Source: a virus
Taxonomy: Duplodnaviria; Heunggongvirae; Uroviricota; Caudoviricetes
Reading direction: 5' to 3' (one strand)
IMG/VR virus record: IMGVR_UViG_2850773344_000009
Length of the DNA: 64,000 nt
A program made the translations under genes and the position numbers. A model generated the notes under the pieces. The model searched no databases. It was not told where the DNA came from and saw nothing but the letters and a program-made list of their open reading frames with translations. Below, piece after piece: positions 1 through 9,569 of this stretch (its first letter is position 1; every line of letters starts with the position of its first letter).

Positions 1-359
1 TTACCTCGCATTTAAGTAAACTACGTTCTCCTCTTGTGCCGTATTTGTGCCATTGCGACTTATAATCGCATCGATTTTGCTCGCGTGCTCGGTGAGATGC
101 CCGGCTGAAAGGTGGGCGTATCTTTGAACCATTTCGAGAGTTTCCCATCCTCCCATCTCTTTAAGCGCAAGAAGAGAGACACCGGACTGAACCAGCCAGC
201 TTGCCCAGGTATGCCTCAGGTCATGGAAGCGGAAGTTGCTAATGCCTGCCCGCTTTAACGCTCCCTTCCATGCCTTGTTGCTGTCGGTTCTCATCTTCCT
301 TACCGCTGCTGTTTTTGTTCCGTCGCTTCGGTAGGCAGGTTTGGTGTGGACAAACACCC
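1..359 (-). pseudogene. int: Tyrosine integrase 3' fragment (about 119 C-terminal codons), inverted duplicate of the 3' end of the intact int at 22053..23213
   Basis: ORF 1..375(-) is identical over ~119 aa to the C-terminus of the 386-aa integrase; homology stops at the IS600 terminus near position 360. Confidence 0.8.
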
Positions 360-402
360 TGAGGTGTACTGGCAATAGCGGACACTACCATTTGTTCTTT
401 TT

Positions 403-1221
403 TTAAGCAGCCATCTGATGATATTTTTCCCTGAAGGCTGCCGGGGAGATATTCCCCAGACGAGAGTGACGACGCTGACGATTGTAGAAAATCTCAATGT
501 ATTCCCGTATTACTGAGATGGCTTCATCCCGGTTATTAAAACGATAGTGGCTCAGGCTCTCATTTTTCAGCGTTCCCCAGAAGCTTTCCATCGGAGCGTT
601 GTCGTAACAGTTACCTTTACGCGACATTGATGTTTTCAGACCAGACTGCTCCTGTATGACCCGGTAATCGTATGCGCAGTACTGTGAACCTCGATCAGAG
701 TGGTGGATTAGCCCGGCAGGTGGGCGCTGGCTCCTGAGCGCCATAAACAGGGCTTTACCTGTCAGCTCTTTTGTCATGCACTCTCCCATGGCGTAGCCGA
801 CAATTTCGCACGTATAAACATCTTTGATGCCAGCGAGGTACAACCATCCCTCCTGTGTGGCAACATACGTCAGGTCCGCCACCCAGACCTGATTTGGTGC
901 TGTAGGAGCGAACGTCTGGTTCAGCAGATTTGGCGCAACTGGCAGATTGTGGTTCGGGTTCGTAGTCGCTCTGAACTTGCGTTTCTGCTTACAGCGTAGC
1001 CTCAGCTCCTTACGAAGACGTGCCAGTCGGTCACGACCAACGATGATGCCATTCTCTGCCAGCTCCGTCTGGAGCCGCCGGGTTCCATATGTTTCGCGAG
1101 TGCGGATATGTGCCACCTTAATCTCCAGTTTTAGCCGCTCATCACTTTGTTTTCTGTCTGAGGGTTCATGCTGTACCCAGTTGTAATAACCGCTCCTGGA
1201 TACACCAAATACCTGACACAT
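403..1221 (-). CDS. IS600 transposase OrfB (DDE catalytic domain)
   Basis: 272-aa ORF with IS3-family integrase-core motifs (HSDRGSQY, CYDNA); overlaps OrfA frame as for programmed -1 frameshifting. Confidence 0.85.
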   Translation of the reverse strand: MCQVFGVSRSGYYNWVQHEPSDRKQSDERLKLEIKVAHIRTRETYGTRRLQTELAENGIIVGRDRLARLRKELRLRCKQKRKFRATTNPNHNLPVAPNLLNQTFAPTAPNQVWVADLTYVATQEGWLYLAGIKDVYTCEIVGYAMGECMTKELTGKALFMALRSQRPPAGLIHHSDRGSQYCAYDYRVIQEQSGLKTSMSRKGNCYDNAPMESFWGTLKNESLSHYRFNNRDEAISVIREYIEIFYNRQRRHSRLGNISPAAFREKYHQMAA

Positions 1222-1256
1222 CGCTTCAATGGGAAATTGTTGTCGCCATTGTTCGA

Positions 1257-1559
1257 TTAACGCGTATTTTTCAGCGACTCCTGTGCAAAATACGCTGTTG
1301 CTTTTTTTAATATATCTCGCTCAAGGCGAGCTTCATTTAACGCCTTACGCAGTTGCAGAATTTCAGATTCCAGTTCAGCCACCGTGCGGGAACCAGGAGT
1401 ACCGAGCCCTTTTCTGGCGGCGGTAACCCATTGTCCTAAAGTGCCTTCAGGAAGAGATAATCGGGAAGCGCCTTCACTGATCGAAAGTTGATTTTCAAGA
1501 ACCGTTCTGACAGCTTCGGCTTTGAACTCTTTAGAGTAACGTTGGGTTTTTCTGCTCAT
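1257..1559 (-). CDS. IS600 transposase OrfA (HTH DNA-binding part)
   Basis: 100-aa ORF MSRKTQRYSKEFKAEAVR..., IS3-family OrfA; identical copy at 42302..42604. Confidence 0.85.
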   Translation of the reverse strand: MSRKTQRYSKEFKAEAVRTVLENQLSISEGASRLSLPEGTLGQWVTAARKGLGTPGSRTVAELESEILQLRKALNEARLERDILKKATAYFAQESLKNTR

Positions 1560-2075
1560 TATTAGCTCCTTCTGATGCCATTCTATTTCAGGAAGGAGTG
1601 TCCGTTAAACTCAGGCTACCTCATTTATCCGTTAAAAGGGATATCAGTTAAGATATCCCGTGTAGGGTATAAGCCATTATCAAAGCCACTCTGTAGGGAA
1701 TGGCTTTTGTGATGGCATCACTTACTCTTTACGCTGCTATCCCACTCATCCCGGAATTTTGATGGGTTATTGAAACCTTCTGCTGACATAACAACTTCTT
1801 CAATGTTTGGCTGAAATTAGGATGTCTTTCCATCAGTCCGCCACCACAAAGAATCTTTTTTGCCATAAGGCAGGAGGTTCATCTTTCAGTGGCTGCCAGT
1901 GTTATTTCCCCACTTACTGGCTTGGGTTGTTTCGCGGTACTGCCGTAACTGGTTGCCCAGAATAAATTCCGGTTTCATTATCAAGCTCACCCATTGATGG
2001 GCTTTGTAATGGATAGCTGTTGCTCAGTTCTCGTAATGCTTTGATTTTTCCGATAACGCAGTTTTGCGTTTGCCA

Positions 2076-2597
2076 TCAGCAAGCGATATCGAGAGTCAAC
2101 TGCAGTTGCTCGCGCCAGTACTCGACATTTGCTTCAATAACCGGCTTATCCCATCGCCAGCGAGCCATCTCTCTTGCCCCATTGCTGGCTTTTGATTTCC
2201 GGTCATCGCGAATGCGACATGCTTGCTCATATTTCTGCTGCTCAGTCAGTTCACCGCGAAGCAGACTATCAATGTGCAGGTCGCACCACACAGCAAAACG
2301 AGCATCACACCAACGGGCAAATGCAACTGAAAGTTTTGGATGTAGCCACGTACCACCACCCCTGTCCTTTCGTGCCTTGCTGGTTTTTACATACCTCGAT
2401 TGTGAGGGATGTAAAATTTGAGATTCTTTCCCGGTCAACGCTTCGTCTAAAGCACGAACGTATTCAAGCGTTTCTGCCAAACTCATCCAGTTATCAATGC
2501 GTTTCCCAAATCTCTCAGCAACACCTGTGACGTTGATCCAACCATCAGTGTTGAAACTGACAATTTCACCTTTGTAATTAAGTGGCACGATATTCAT
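2076..2597 (-). CDS. KilA-N domain protein (Bro-N/KilA-N family, antirepressor-like)
   Basis: 173-aa ORF immediately downstream of Rz on the late strand; N-terminal region resembles KilA-N DNA-binding domain (recalled similarity). Confidence 0.5.
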   Translation of the reverse strand: MNIVPLNYKGEIVSFNTDGWINVTGVAERFGKRIDNWMSLAETLEYVRALDEALTGKESQILHPSQSRYVKTSKARKDRGGGTWLHPKLSVAFARWCDARFAVWCDLHIDSLLRGELTEQQKYEQACRIRDDRKSKASNGAREMARWRWDKPVIEANVEYWREQLQLTLDIAC

Positions 2598-2798
2598 AAC
2601 GTTTACCTACCATTTGAAATGAACCTTTGCCGCACAGAAAACCAGCCCACCGAGGCTCGCCAGCACTAACTGGTATCCTCAAAGGCCCATTCCAAAGGGG
2701 CAGGTTCGGTGTAAAAAACATGCGTTGCGGTACGCATTTATTGCAAAAAGCCCCGCATCGTGAGGCTCATTAAATGGACTTTGTGATTTGCAAAAAAA

Positions 2799-3236
2799 TT
2801 ATTTCAGGCATTGCGTCCTGATGTATTCCTGCAGGTAGTTAACCTGCGCGGTTATCTTGTCGATTCCACTTCGGAGACGGTAATAATTGAGTTCAGCATC
2901 TGCTGTAAGTCCTGGGCTTTCTCCATCGCCCATGCCGCTGGCTCCGGTCTTTGACTTTGCACATGAGGCGGCGACTTGCAGCCGCTTACGCCCAGCAGAA
3001 ACATCATCACGGAGACTTTCGATAGTCGCGTTAGCATCAGCAAGCTCCTTTGTGTATCTGGCGTCAAGTTCTGCTACATCACGTTGACGCTTCTGCATGT
3101 CAGCGATTGTGGATGCGGCCTTATCGCGCTGCTCTTTGTAGGTCATGGCGTTATCACGGTAATGATTAACCGCCCATGACAGACAGACGATGATGCAGAT
3201 AACCAGAGCGGAGATAATCGCGGTTACTCTGCTCAT
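2799..3236 (-). CDS. Rz: Rz i-spanin (lambda Rz-like, divergent central region)
   Basis: 145-aa ORF, N-terminus [30 protein letters not shown] matches lambda Rz; follows R. Confidence 0.85.
   Translation of the reverse strand: MSRVTAIISALVICIIVCLSWAVNHYRDNAMTYKEQRDKAASTIADMQKRQRDVAELDARYTKELADANATIESLRDDVSAGRKRLQVAASCAKSKTGASGMGDGESPGLTADAELNYYRLRSGIDKITAQVNYLQEYIRTQCLK
2852..3037 (-). CDS. Rz1: Rz1 o-spanin lipoprotein embedded in Rz in the +1 frame
   Basis: Embedded ORF with lipobox LLGVSGC and proline-rich mature part; start assigned to internal Met. Confidence 0.7.
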   Translation of the reverse strand: MLTRLSKVSVMMFLLGVSGCKSPPHVQSQRPEPAAWAMEKAQDLQQMLNSIITVSEVESTR

Positions 3237-3710
3237 ACCTCAATCTCTCTGACCGTTCCGCCTGCTTCTTTGAATTTTGCAATCAGGCTGTCAGCCTTAT
3301 GCTCGAACTGACCATAACCAGCACCCGGCAGTGAAGCCCAGATATTGCTGCAACGGTCGATTGCCTGACGGATATCACCGCGATCAATCATCGGCCAAAG
3401 CGCCACGTTCCTTAATCTGCTGCAGCGCAACAGCGTCTTGGCTTTTGGGAGAGAAGTCTTTCAGGCCAAGCTGCTTACGATAGGCATCCCACCAACGGGA
3501 AAGAAGCTGGTAACGTCCTGCTGCTGTTGATTTGAGTTTTGGGTTTAGCGTGACAAGTTTGCGAGGGTGATCGGAGTAATCGGTAAATAGCTCTCCGCCA
3601 ACAATGACGTCATAACCATGATTTCTGGTTTTCTGACGTCCGTTATCAGTTCCCTCTGACCACGCCAGCATATCGAGGAACGCCTTACGTTGATTATTGA
3701 TTTCCACCAT
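3233..3710 (-). pseudogene. R: Endolysin R (lambda-type lytic transglycosylase) split by a frameshift
   Basis: Two overlapping ORFs in different frames (3384..3710 and 3233..3430) together encode consecutive parts of a lambda-R-like protein; the frame changes after ...QQIKERGAL. Confidence 0.75.
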
Positions 3711-4017
3711 CTTCTACTCCGGCTTTTTTAGCAGCGAAGCGTTTGATAAGCGAACCAATCGAGTCAGTACCGATGTAGCCGATGAACACGCTCGTTATAT
3801 AAGCGAGATTGCTACTTAGTCCGGCGAAGTCGAGAAGGTCACGAATGAACCAGGCGATAATGGCGCACATCGTTGCGTCGATTACTGTTTTTGTAAACGC
3901 ACCGCCATTATATCTGCCGCGAAGGTACGCCATTGCAAACGCAAGGATTGCCCCGATGCCTTGTTCCTTTGCCGCGAGAATGGCGGCTAACAGGTCATGT
4001 TTTTCTGGCATCTTCAT
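3694..4017 (-). CDS. S: Class I holin S (lambda S107/S105)
   Basis: 107-aa [23 protein letters not shown]... essentially identical to lambda S, including dual-start motif. Confidence 0.9.
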   Translation of the reverse strand: MKMPEKHDLLAAILAAKEQGIGAILAFAMAYLRGRYNGGAFTKTVIDATMCAIIAWFIRDLLDFAGLSSNLAYITSVFIGYIGTDSIGSLIKRFAAKKAGVEDGGNQ

Positions 4018-4411
4018 GTCTTACCCCCAATAAGGGGATTTGCTCTATTTAATTAGGAATAAGGTCGATTACTGATAGAACAAATCCAGGCTACTGTGTT
4101 TAGTAATCAGATTTGTTCGTGACCGATATGCACGGGCAAAACGGCAGGAGGTTGTTAGCGCAACCTCTTGCCACCCGCTTTCACGAAGGTCATGTGTAGA
4201 AGGCCGCAGCGTAACTATTACTGATGAATTCAGGATAGCCAGTGGCTACGGCTCAGTTTGGGTTGTGCTGTTGCTGGGCGGCGATGACGCCTGTACGCAT
4301 TTGTTGATCCGGTTCTGCTTCCGGTATTCGCTTAATTCAGCACAACGGAAAGAGCACTCGGTGCATTTAAGCCAAGCCCCATAAGGGAGAATGCTCTTAC
4401 CTGTTACACAG

Positions 4412-4474
4412 ATATAAAAAATCCCGAAACCGTTATGCAGGCTCTAACTATTACCTGCGAACTGTTTCGGGATT
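4412..4474 (-). terminator. tR' intrinsic terminator at the end of the late leader (6S) transcript
   Basis: Long GC-rich hairpin (CCCGAAAC...GTTTCGGG) followed by a T-run on the minus strand, about 190 nt downstream of pR'. Confidence 0.6.
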
Positions 4475-4607
4475 GCATTTTGCAGACCTCTCAGCCTGCG
4501 ATGGTTGGAGTTCCAGACGATACGTCGAAGTGACCAACTAGGCGGAATCGGTAGTAAGCGCCGCCTCTTTTCATCTCACTACCACAACGAGCGAATTAAC
4601 CCATCGT
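4414..4607 (-). ncRNA. Late leader 6S RNA (pR' to tR')
   Basis: Region between the pR'-like promoter and tR' matches my recollection of the lambda 6S RNA region; ~194 nt. Confidence 0.5.
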
Positions 4608-4643
4608 TGGGTCAAATTTACCCAACTTTATTCAAAAAGTCAA
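4608..4643 (-). promoter_or_regulatory. Late promoter pR' with overlapping qut site
   Basis: -35 TTGACT and -10 TAAATT with 17-bp spacing on the minus strand, directly downstream of Q. Confidence 0.6.
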
Positions 4644-4685
4644 TATCATGCCGTTAATATGTTGCCATCCGTGGCAATCATGCTG

Positions 4686-5309
4686 CTAACGTGTGACCGC
4701 ATTCAAAATGTTGTCTGCGATTGACTCTTCTTTGTGGCATTGCACCACCAGAGCGTCATACAGCGGCTTAACAGTGCGTGACCAGGTGGGTTGGGTAAGA
4801 TTTGGGATTAGCATCGTCACAGCGCGATATGCGGCGCTTGCTGGCATCCTTGAATAGCCGACACCTTTGCATCTTCCGCATTCTTTCTCAACAACTCTCC
4901 CCCACTGCTCTGTTTTTGCTATATCAACCGCACGGCCTGTACCGTGACAATCTCTGCATCTTGCGCCAGGCGTCGCGGCACTACGGCAATAATCCGCATA
5001 AGCGAATGTTGCGAGCACTTGCAGTACCTTTGCCTTAGTATTTCCTTCGAGCTTTGCCACACCACGGTATTTCCCCGATACCTTGTGTGCAAATTGCATC
5101 AGATAGTTGATAGCCTTTTGTTTGTCGTTCTGGCTGAGTTCGTGCTTACCACAGAATGCAGCCATTCCGAATCCGGCTTGTGATTGCGCCATCCCCATAG
5201 CAGCCATCACATCAGTACCGGAAAGAGAGTCAGAAGCCGTAGCCCGTGGTGAGTCGCTCATCATCGGGCTTTTTGGCGAATGAAATTTAGCTACACTTTC
5301 GAGTCTCAT
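4686..5309 (-). CDS. Q: Late antiterminator Q
   Basis: 207-aa ORF matching lambda Q from recalled sequence (MRLESVAKFHSPKSPMMSDSPRATASDSLSGTDV...). Confidence 0.9.
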   Translation of the reverse strand: MRLESVAKFHSPKSPMMSDSPRATASDSLSGTDVMAAMGMAQSQAGFGMAAFCGKHELSQNDKQKAINYLMQFAHKVSGKYRGVAKLEGNTKAKVLQVLATFAYADYCRSAATPGARCRDCHGTGRAVDIAKTEQWGRVVEKECGRCKGVGYSRMPASAAYRAVTMLIPNLTQPTWSRTVKPLYDALVVQCHKEESIADNILNAVTR

Positions 5310-5494
5310 GGTCTACCCCTCTTGCCCTGTTTGACCATCAGGACGCCGTTAACTATTACGTGACGCTCACCTTTGCTGTCTCGGTTGTACTTGAGCACTG
5401 TTCCTCTTGCACAGGAAAGCATCCTCGCCACTTCGGTCTGATTGCCTCGTGTCTGGATAAGAAGCTCTGGTATCGTTTGAATTGTGGCGTTCAT
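5306..5494 (-). CDS. ninH: NinH-like small DNA-binding protein
   Basis: 62-aa ORF with GNQTEVAR...RGTV...VLMV motif shared with lambda NinH; position just upstream of Q. Confidence 0.7.
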   Translation of the reverse strand: MNATIQTIPELLIQTRGNQTEVARMLSCARGTVLKYNRDSKGERHVIVNGVLMVKQGKRGRP

Positions 5495-5853
5495 ACGTTC
5501 TCCAGTTCGGTGATTTTTATTCCAAGCCGTCCGCCTGGTACTTTCACACCACGAATTACGCGAATGTCATCGAATTGCTCGTCGTCTTCCGCAAATCCGG
5601 CGTGGATAAGGGAGTCGAGTAAACCTTTCAGGATGTTATCGAGGTCGCGGCGGCGGGAGTCTGGAACGTCTGCGATGACTTTGATGCGGAGTCGTGATTT
5701 GGTGAAAATGTCTAACTTAAGTTGGCGGATGATTTGCTGAACGTCTTTTCGGTATTTCTGACCTTTATCGCTGATGTAATATTGGCTTCCCCGTCTTCGC
5801 CAGTAGGTATTCACCGACGGCGGGTATGGAAGCACAAACCGATATTCATTCAT
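5491..5853 (-). CDS. rusA: RusA-type Holliday junction resolvase
   Basis: 120-aa ORF with RusA hallmarks (LPYPPSVN, DSRRRDLDN, GGRLGIKITELENV). Confidence 0.8.
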   Translation of the reverse strand: MNEYRFVLPYPPSVNTYWRRRGSQYYISDKGQKYRKDVQQIIRQLKLDIFTKSRLRIKVIADVPDSRRRDLDNILKGLLDSLIHAGFAEDDEQFDDIRVIRGVKVPGGRLGIKITELENV

Positions 5854-6140
5854 GACTTAACCTTCCCCTCCTTCAGCAATACCGCCTGCGTCCTGATTAC
5901 GCCTTCGAGGTGGTAAAGTCTGGCGTCTTTGTTGTCGATATTATGGGTGCGTCGGTCGATTTCATCGTGACACGCGCTACAAGCCCATGCGCCGATCATG
6001 TCGTCAGGCTTCATTCCCGTTCCGCAAATTCCAGCCATCCGGTAATGTGCCAGAACTGTAGTTTCAGGATTACCATTGCATACGCCGTAAATACGTACCT
6101 GGCATTCTCTGCCGCGTGCTTCTTTGCGTAGATTAGCCAT
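5850..6140 (-). CDS. Cys-rich nin-region protein of unknown function (DUF1364-like)
   Basis: 96-aa ORF with CxxC...CxxC pattern, translationally coupled within the nin operon. Confidence 0.45.
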   Translation of the reverse strand: MANLRKEARGRECQVRIYGVCNGNPETTVLAHYRMAGICGTGMKPDDMIGAWACSACHDEIDRRTHNIDNKDARLYHLEGVIRTQAVLLKEGKVKS

Positions 6141-6862
6141 TAAGCAGCCTCCCCTGTTACTTTCAGCATTCCGTTATCGAGCAGCTTTCTGGTCAGCCAC
6201 TGTTGACCACGCCCGGTGATTTTTGTGGTGAACGATATCTGTATTCCGTGATTTGTGTTGACCGCTGTTTCTTTCACTGTGAAATAGCCGCGATCCATAT
6301 ATTCCTGCATTGGCACATTGCGCCGGGTACCTGAAGCAATAAGGATTTTGTGATCGCGCATCCACGCAAACAGTTTGTTTGGACCAATACCGACAACCTT
6401 TGCAAAGTTTCCAATCAAAATTCCGCTGGCCTCGCCAACGCGATCGGCAAACTCAACTTTAGGTGCGGCAATTGCGAGCTGGTTTTCCAGTTGCATTTTC
6501 TGCTCAGCAAGGTCAGCAGCAAGGCGCAACGCTTCTGGTAGCGTTTTTGGGATATTAACCGCAGATTCTTCAAGCTCTCGCCAACGGTCAACAAGACGAG
6601 CGGTGAATTCCGGCGACAACTGGGCTACAACGACAATACTGTCTCGCTTTCCTTGTTCGCCTTCGAATACATACACACAAAAACTTTGATTTAAGCCTAA
6701 CCCATTGATTCTTCCACAATCCTCAATTTGAGGAAGCCGGATAACACCATTTTTAGCCAGCGTTTCGATGGTACGTTTCACATTGTCATGACGCTTACCC
6801 ACCAACTCAGCGATTTCAATGCTTGTCATTTTGATGACATTGCCATTTATTAACTCATTCAT
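6140..6862 (-). CDS. Rha-family phage regulatory protein / antirepressor
   Basis: 240-aa ORF; N-terminal SIEIAELVGKRHDNVKR motif typical of the Rha domain (recalled). Confidence 0.6.
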   Translation of the reverse strand: MNELINGNVIKMTSIEIAELVGKRHDNVKRTIETLAKNGVIRLPQIEDCGRINGLGLNQSFCVYVFEGEQGKRDSIVVVAQLSPEFTARLVDRWRELEESAVNIPKTLPEALRLAADLAEQKMQLENQLAIAAPKVEFADRVGEASGILIGNFAKVVGIGPNKLFAWMRDHKILIASGTRRNVPMQEYMDRGYFTVKETAVNTNHGIQISFTTKITGRGQQWLTRKLLDNGMLKVTGEAA

Positions 6863-7028
6863 CGTCTTCTTCCTCGTACATTGAGCTATTCGGATCGCTC
6901 ATCAGTTCTGTACAGCAGTGCTCACACACGTGAACTTCCAGCACATGCAGCTTCTGACCGCAGTTAGCGCACGTTAAAGCCCGCTCGACGCTTTCTTTCT
7001 GGTATTGAATGGATTGGGATGGGCTAAG
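6855..7028 (-). CDS. ninF: NinF-like protein
   Basis: Internal-Met start gives [40 protein letters not shown]... matching lambda NinF. Confidence 0.7.
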   Translation of the reverse strand, partial: LSPSQSIQYQKESVERALTCANCGQKLHVLEVHVCEHCCTELMSDPNSSMYEEEDDE

Positions 7029-7431
7029 CATGGCTTTCACCATTAAAAAGTCGCTTGTAAGCATCAATGTCTCGTTTTGCTTCACCGAGCTTTCGTCTTA
7101 ATTCCATGTTTTCTGATTCAAGCTTTTCCATGTCTTGTTGGTATCGATCGCGGTGTTCTTTCCATGCTTTTTGATACGCCTTTATGTATGTCAGGTTGGC
7201 CTTTCTCTTTGCCTGACGAACTGCGTGGTGGTTTTTCACAAACCAGTCAGGGTCGTTAAATGCTGCTCTGGCGCATGTATACCAATAATTTGTTGCCTCC
7301 CTGTTTAGCCAATAAATACTGATAAATGGCAACCGGATAGACACCATTTTTCGTTGTGACTCTTTCTCGCCAAACATGTGGCCTTTTTTGATGCTAAGTC
7401 CAAATCCAGGTTGAATTAAAAGCATTGTCAT
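7024..7431 (-). CDS. Hypothetical nin-region protein with C-terminal coiled coil
   Basis: ~135-aa ORF between ninE and ninF; no recognisable catalytic motif; start approximate. Confidence 0.4.
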   Translation of the reverse strand: MTMLLIQPGFGLSIKKGHMFGEKESQRKMVSIRLPFISIYWLNREATNYWYTCARAAFNDPDWFVKNHHAVRQAKRKANLTYIKAYQKAWKEHRDRYQQDMEKLESENMELRRKLGEAKRDIDAYKRLFNGESHA

Positions 7432-7604
7432 TTCCTCGCACGATGTCTTAGCCACCGGATATCCCACAGGTGAGCCGTGTAGTTGAAGGTTTTTACGTCA
7501 GATTCTTTTGGGATTGGCTTGCGTTTATTTCTGGAGCGTTTCGTTGGAAGGTATTTGCAGTTTTCGCAGATTATGTCGGTGATGCTTCGTCGCTGTCGTC
7601 TCAT
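7428..7604 (-). CDS. ninE: NinE-like protein
   Basis: [58 protein letters not shown] matches lambda NinE; start overlaps ninB stop. Confidence 0.7.
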   Translation of the reverse strand: MRRQRRSITDIICENCKYLPTKRSRNKRKPIPKESDVKTFNYTAHLWDIRWLRHRARK

Positions 7605-8041
7605 GCCGCCCTGTCTCCCCATCTTGCTTTCCACTCCAGAGCCAGTCGCGCTTCGTCTGACCACTTAACGCCACGCTCTGTACCGAATGCCTGTATAAGC
7701 TCTAATAGCTCCGCAAATTCGCTTACACGCATCCTGCTGGTTGACTGGCCTATTACCACAAAGCCATTCCCGGCAAGGTTAGGAACAACGTCCTGCTGCT
7801 TTAATGCTGCGGTAAACACACACTTCCAGCTTTCTGCATCCAGCCAGCGACCATGCCATTCAACCTGACGAGAGACGTCACCAAGGCAAGCCCAAAGCTT
7901 CCGATTTTGGTCTAAGCTGCGGTTGCGTTCCTGAATGGTTACTACGATTGGTTTGGTTGGGTCTGGAAGGATTTGCTGTACTGCGTGAATAGCGTTTTGC
8001 TGATGTGCTGGAGATCGAATTTCAAAGGTTAGTTTTTTCAT
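7601..8041 (-). CDS. ninB: NinB (Orf) recombination mediator
   Basis: From internal Met, [31 protein letters not shown]... matches lambda NinB. Confidence 0.85.
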   Translation of the reverse strand: MKKLTFEIRSPAHQQNAIHAVQQILPDPTKPIVVTIQERNRSLDQNRKLWACLGDVSRQVEWHGRWLDAESWKCVFTAALKQQDVVPNLAGNGFVVIGQSTSRMRVSEFAELLELIQAFGTERGVKWSDEARLALEWKARWGDRAA

Positions 8042-8117
8042 GACTTCCCTCTCCCCCAAATAAAAAGGCCTGCTATTACCAGCAGGCCTGTTACAAGCTC
8101 AGTGATGTAGATGGTCA

Positions 8118-9569
8118 TCAGAATCCTCCTTTCTTCTTGGACTGCGGTTCCTCGCGTTCACGGCGGCGCATTTCAGCAGACTGTTGGTCTGTGTCATAAA
8201 TAGCGCCATTTGCCTGAATGCAATACACCGTGCCGGTATTGCCATGACGATTGAGACGAAGGATTAGTTCGGTTTCACCAGGAGGAACGCTGTCATCAAA
8301 AGCACCTTCCCGATGGATCCCAACCCAATAATCGCAATCCTGTTCAATCTGCCCTGTATCTCGTGAGTCACTTGGTAATGGGCGTTTATTGGTTCGGCTT
8401 TCCAGTGCGCGGTTAAGCTGTGTCAGAAGCACAACAACGCAATCAAGCTCTTTGGCAAGGTTCTTCAGTCCTTTGGTGATCATGCCGTAAGCAAGGTCGT
8501 TGCGATCGGCCTTCTCAGCGGTCATTAGTGTCAGGTAATCGACCAGAATCATGCCAACACATCCTTTTTCTCGCTTGATTCGACGGCTTTCGCTGACGAT
8601 TTGAGCCAGAGATAATCCCGGCGTGTCGTCGATGTAAAGCAGGTCGATTTCACTCAAGCGATTGGCTGTTTCGATCGCCCTGTTGAAGTCACCATCGTAA
8701 TCACCCTGATAGCCGTCATCAGCGTCATTTGTCGCCGGAAGGTAAAAAATATTCGGGTTAACACCAGACTTCTGCCCTACCAGTTTTTCCAGTATCTGGT
8801 CACCTGGCATTTCAAGGCTGAACATAAGAGCGGGCTTTTTCTCATGCACTGCGCAGTTGATTGCCATCTGGCTGTATAGCGTCGTTTTCCCCATCTTAGG
8901 GCGAGCGCCAATGACAAACAGAGAGCCTTTCACCAGACCTTTCGGTGACAGCATCCTGTCCAGCGATGGGATCCCTGTGCTCATTCCTCGTTGTTCACCT
9001 GACGGGTCAAATCGCTTCTCAAGGTCGCTAACCCAGTCTTCCATGACCTCACCAAATGAGCGAAGGCCGCGACGCGATCCGGTTTTTGCATGGTCTGTCA
9101 GTTGCGTGAAAATCGCCTGAATAGCTTCGTACTTCTGCGTTGCAGTCATTCCGTTGCGGGAATAGAGCAATTCCGTCGCTTCAGTCATGCGGTTGATGGC
9201 GTAGCGTTCCATTGCGGTTTCACGAACCTGCATTGCATAGGCAACGATATTTGCTGCGCTTGGCGTGTTCTTTGCGATCTCAGCGATATAAGCAAAACCG
9301 CCAACAGAAGCCGTTAACGATTTACGCTCCAGTTCATCGAAAAGCGTCAGGCCATCTACTGGCTTTTGCTCACGGTGCATTCTGGTTATTTCTTCGAAAA
9401 TGATTTTGTGTGGTCGGCTGTAAAATGAATCAGGCTTCAGCATCGCCAGAACTTTCTGGACGCGCTCACTGCTGTCATCATCCAGAAGCAATCCACCAAT
9501 CACCGCCTGCTCTGCCTCGATGCTATGGGGCGGCGCATAAAAATTATCGGTCATCGTGTTCACCCTCAC
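8118..9569 (-). CDS. DnaB-family replicative DNA helicase (phage-encoded)
   Basis: 483-aa ORF with Walker A GARPKMGKTT and DnaB-like C-terminal RecA fold motifs; directly downstream of the O-like initiator; start may be 9554. Confidence 0.8.
   Translation of the reverse strand: MRVNTMTDNFYAPPHSIEAEQAVIGGLLLDDDSSERVQKVLAMLKPDSFYSRPHKIIFEEITRMHREQKPVDGLTLFDELERKSLTASVGGFAYIAEIAKNTPSAANIVAYAMQVRETAMERYAINRMTEATELLYSRNGMTATQKYEAIQAIFTQLTDHAKTGSRRGLRSFGEVMEDWVSDLEKRFDPSGEQRGMSTGIPSLDRMLSPKGLVKGSLFVIGARPKMGKTTLYSQMAINCAVHEKKPALMFSLEMPGDQILEKLVGQKSGVNPNIFYLPATNDADDGYQGDYDGDFNRAIETANRLSEIDLLYIDDTPGLSLAQIVSESRRIKREKGCVGMILVDYLTLMTAEKADRNDLAYGMITKGLKNLAKELDCVVVLLTQLNRALESRTNKRPLPSDSRDTGQIEQDCDYWVGIHREGAFDDSVPPGETELILRLNRHGNTGTVYCIQANGAIYDTDQQSAEMRRREREEPQSKKKGGF

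Larger units (their letters stand above)
360..1623 (-). mobile_element. IS600 (IS3 family), complete ~1264-bp copy
   Basis: OrfA plus OrfB in -1 frameshift arrangement; termini begin TGAGGT; flanking 3-bp sequences differ (ccc vs ttt), so no target-site duplication. Confidence 0.8.

Noticed and set aside
947..1426. Plus-strand ORFs inside IS600 (947..1186, 1229..1426)
   Set aside because: They lie antisense to the IS600 OrfA/OrfB genes and recur identically in the second IS600 copy only because the DNA is the same; no independent support.
2020..2530. Plus-strand ORFs (133 aa and 118 aa) overlapping the KilA-N gene
   Set aside because: Antisense to a better-supported gene on the late strand; no RBS or homology.
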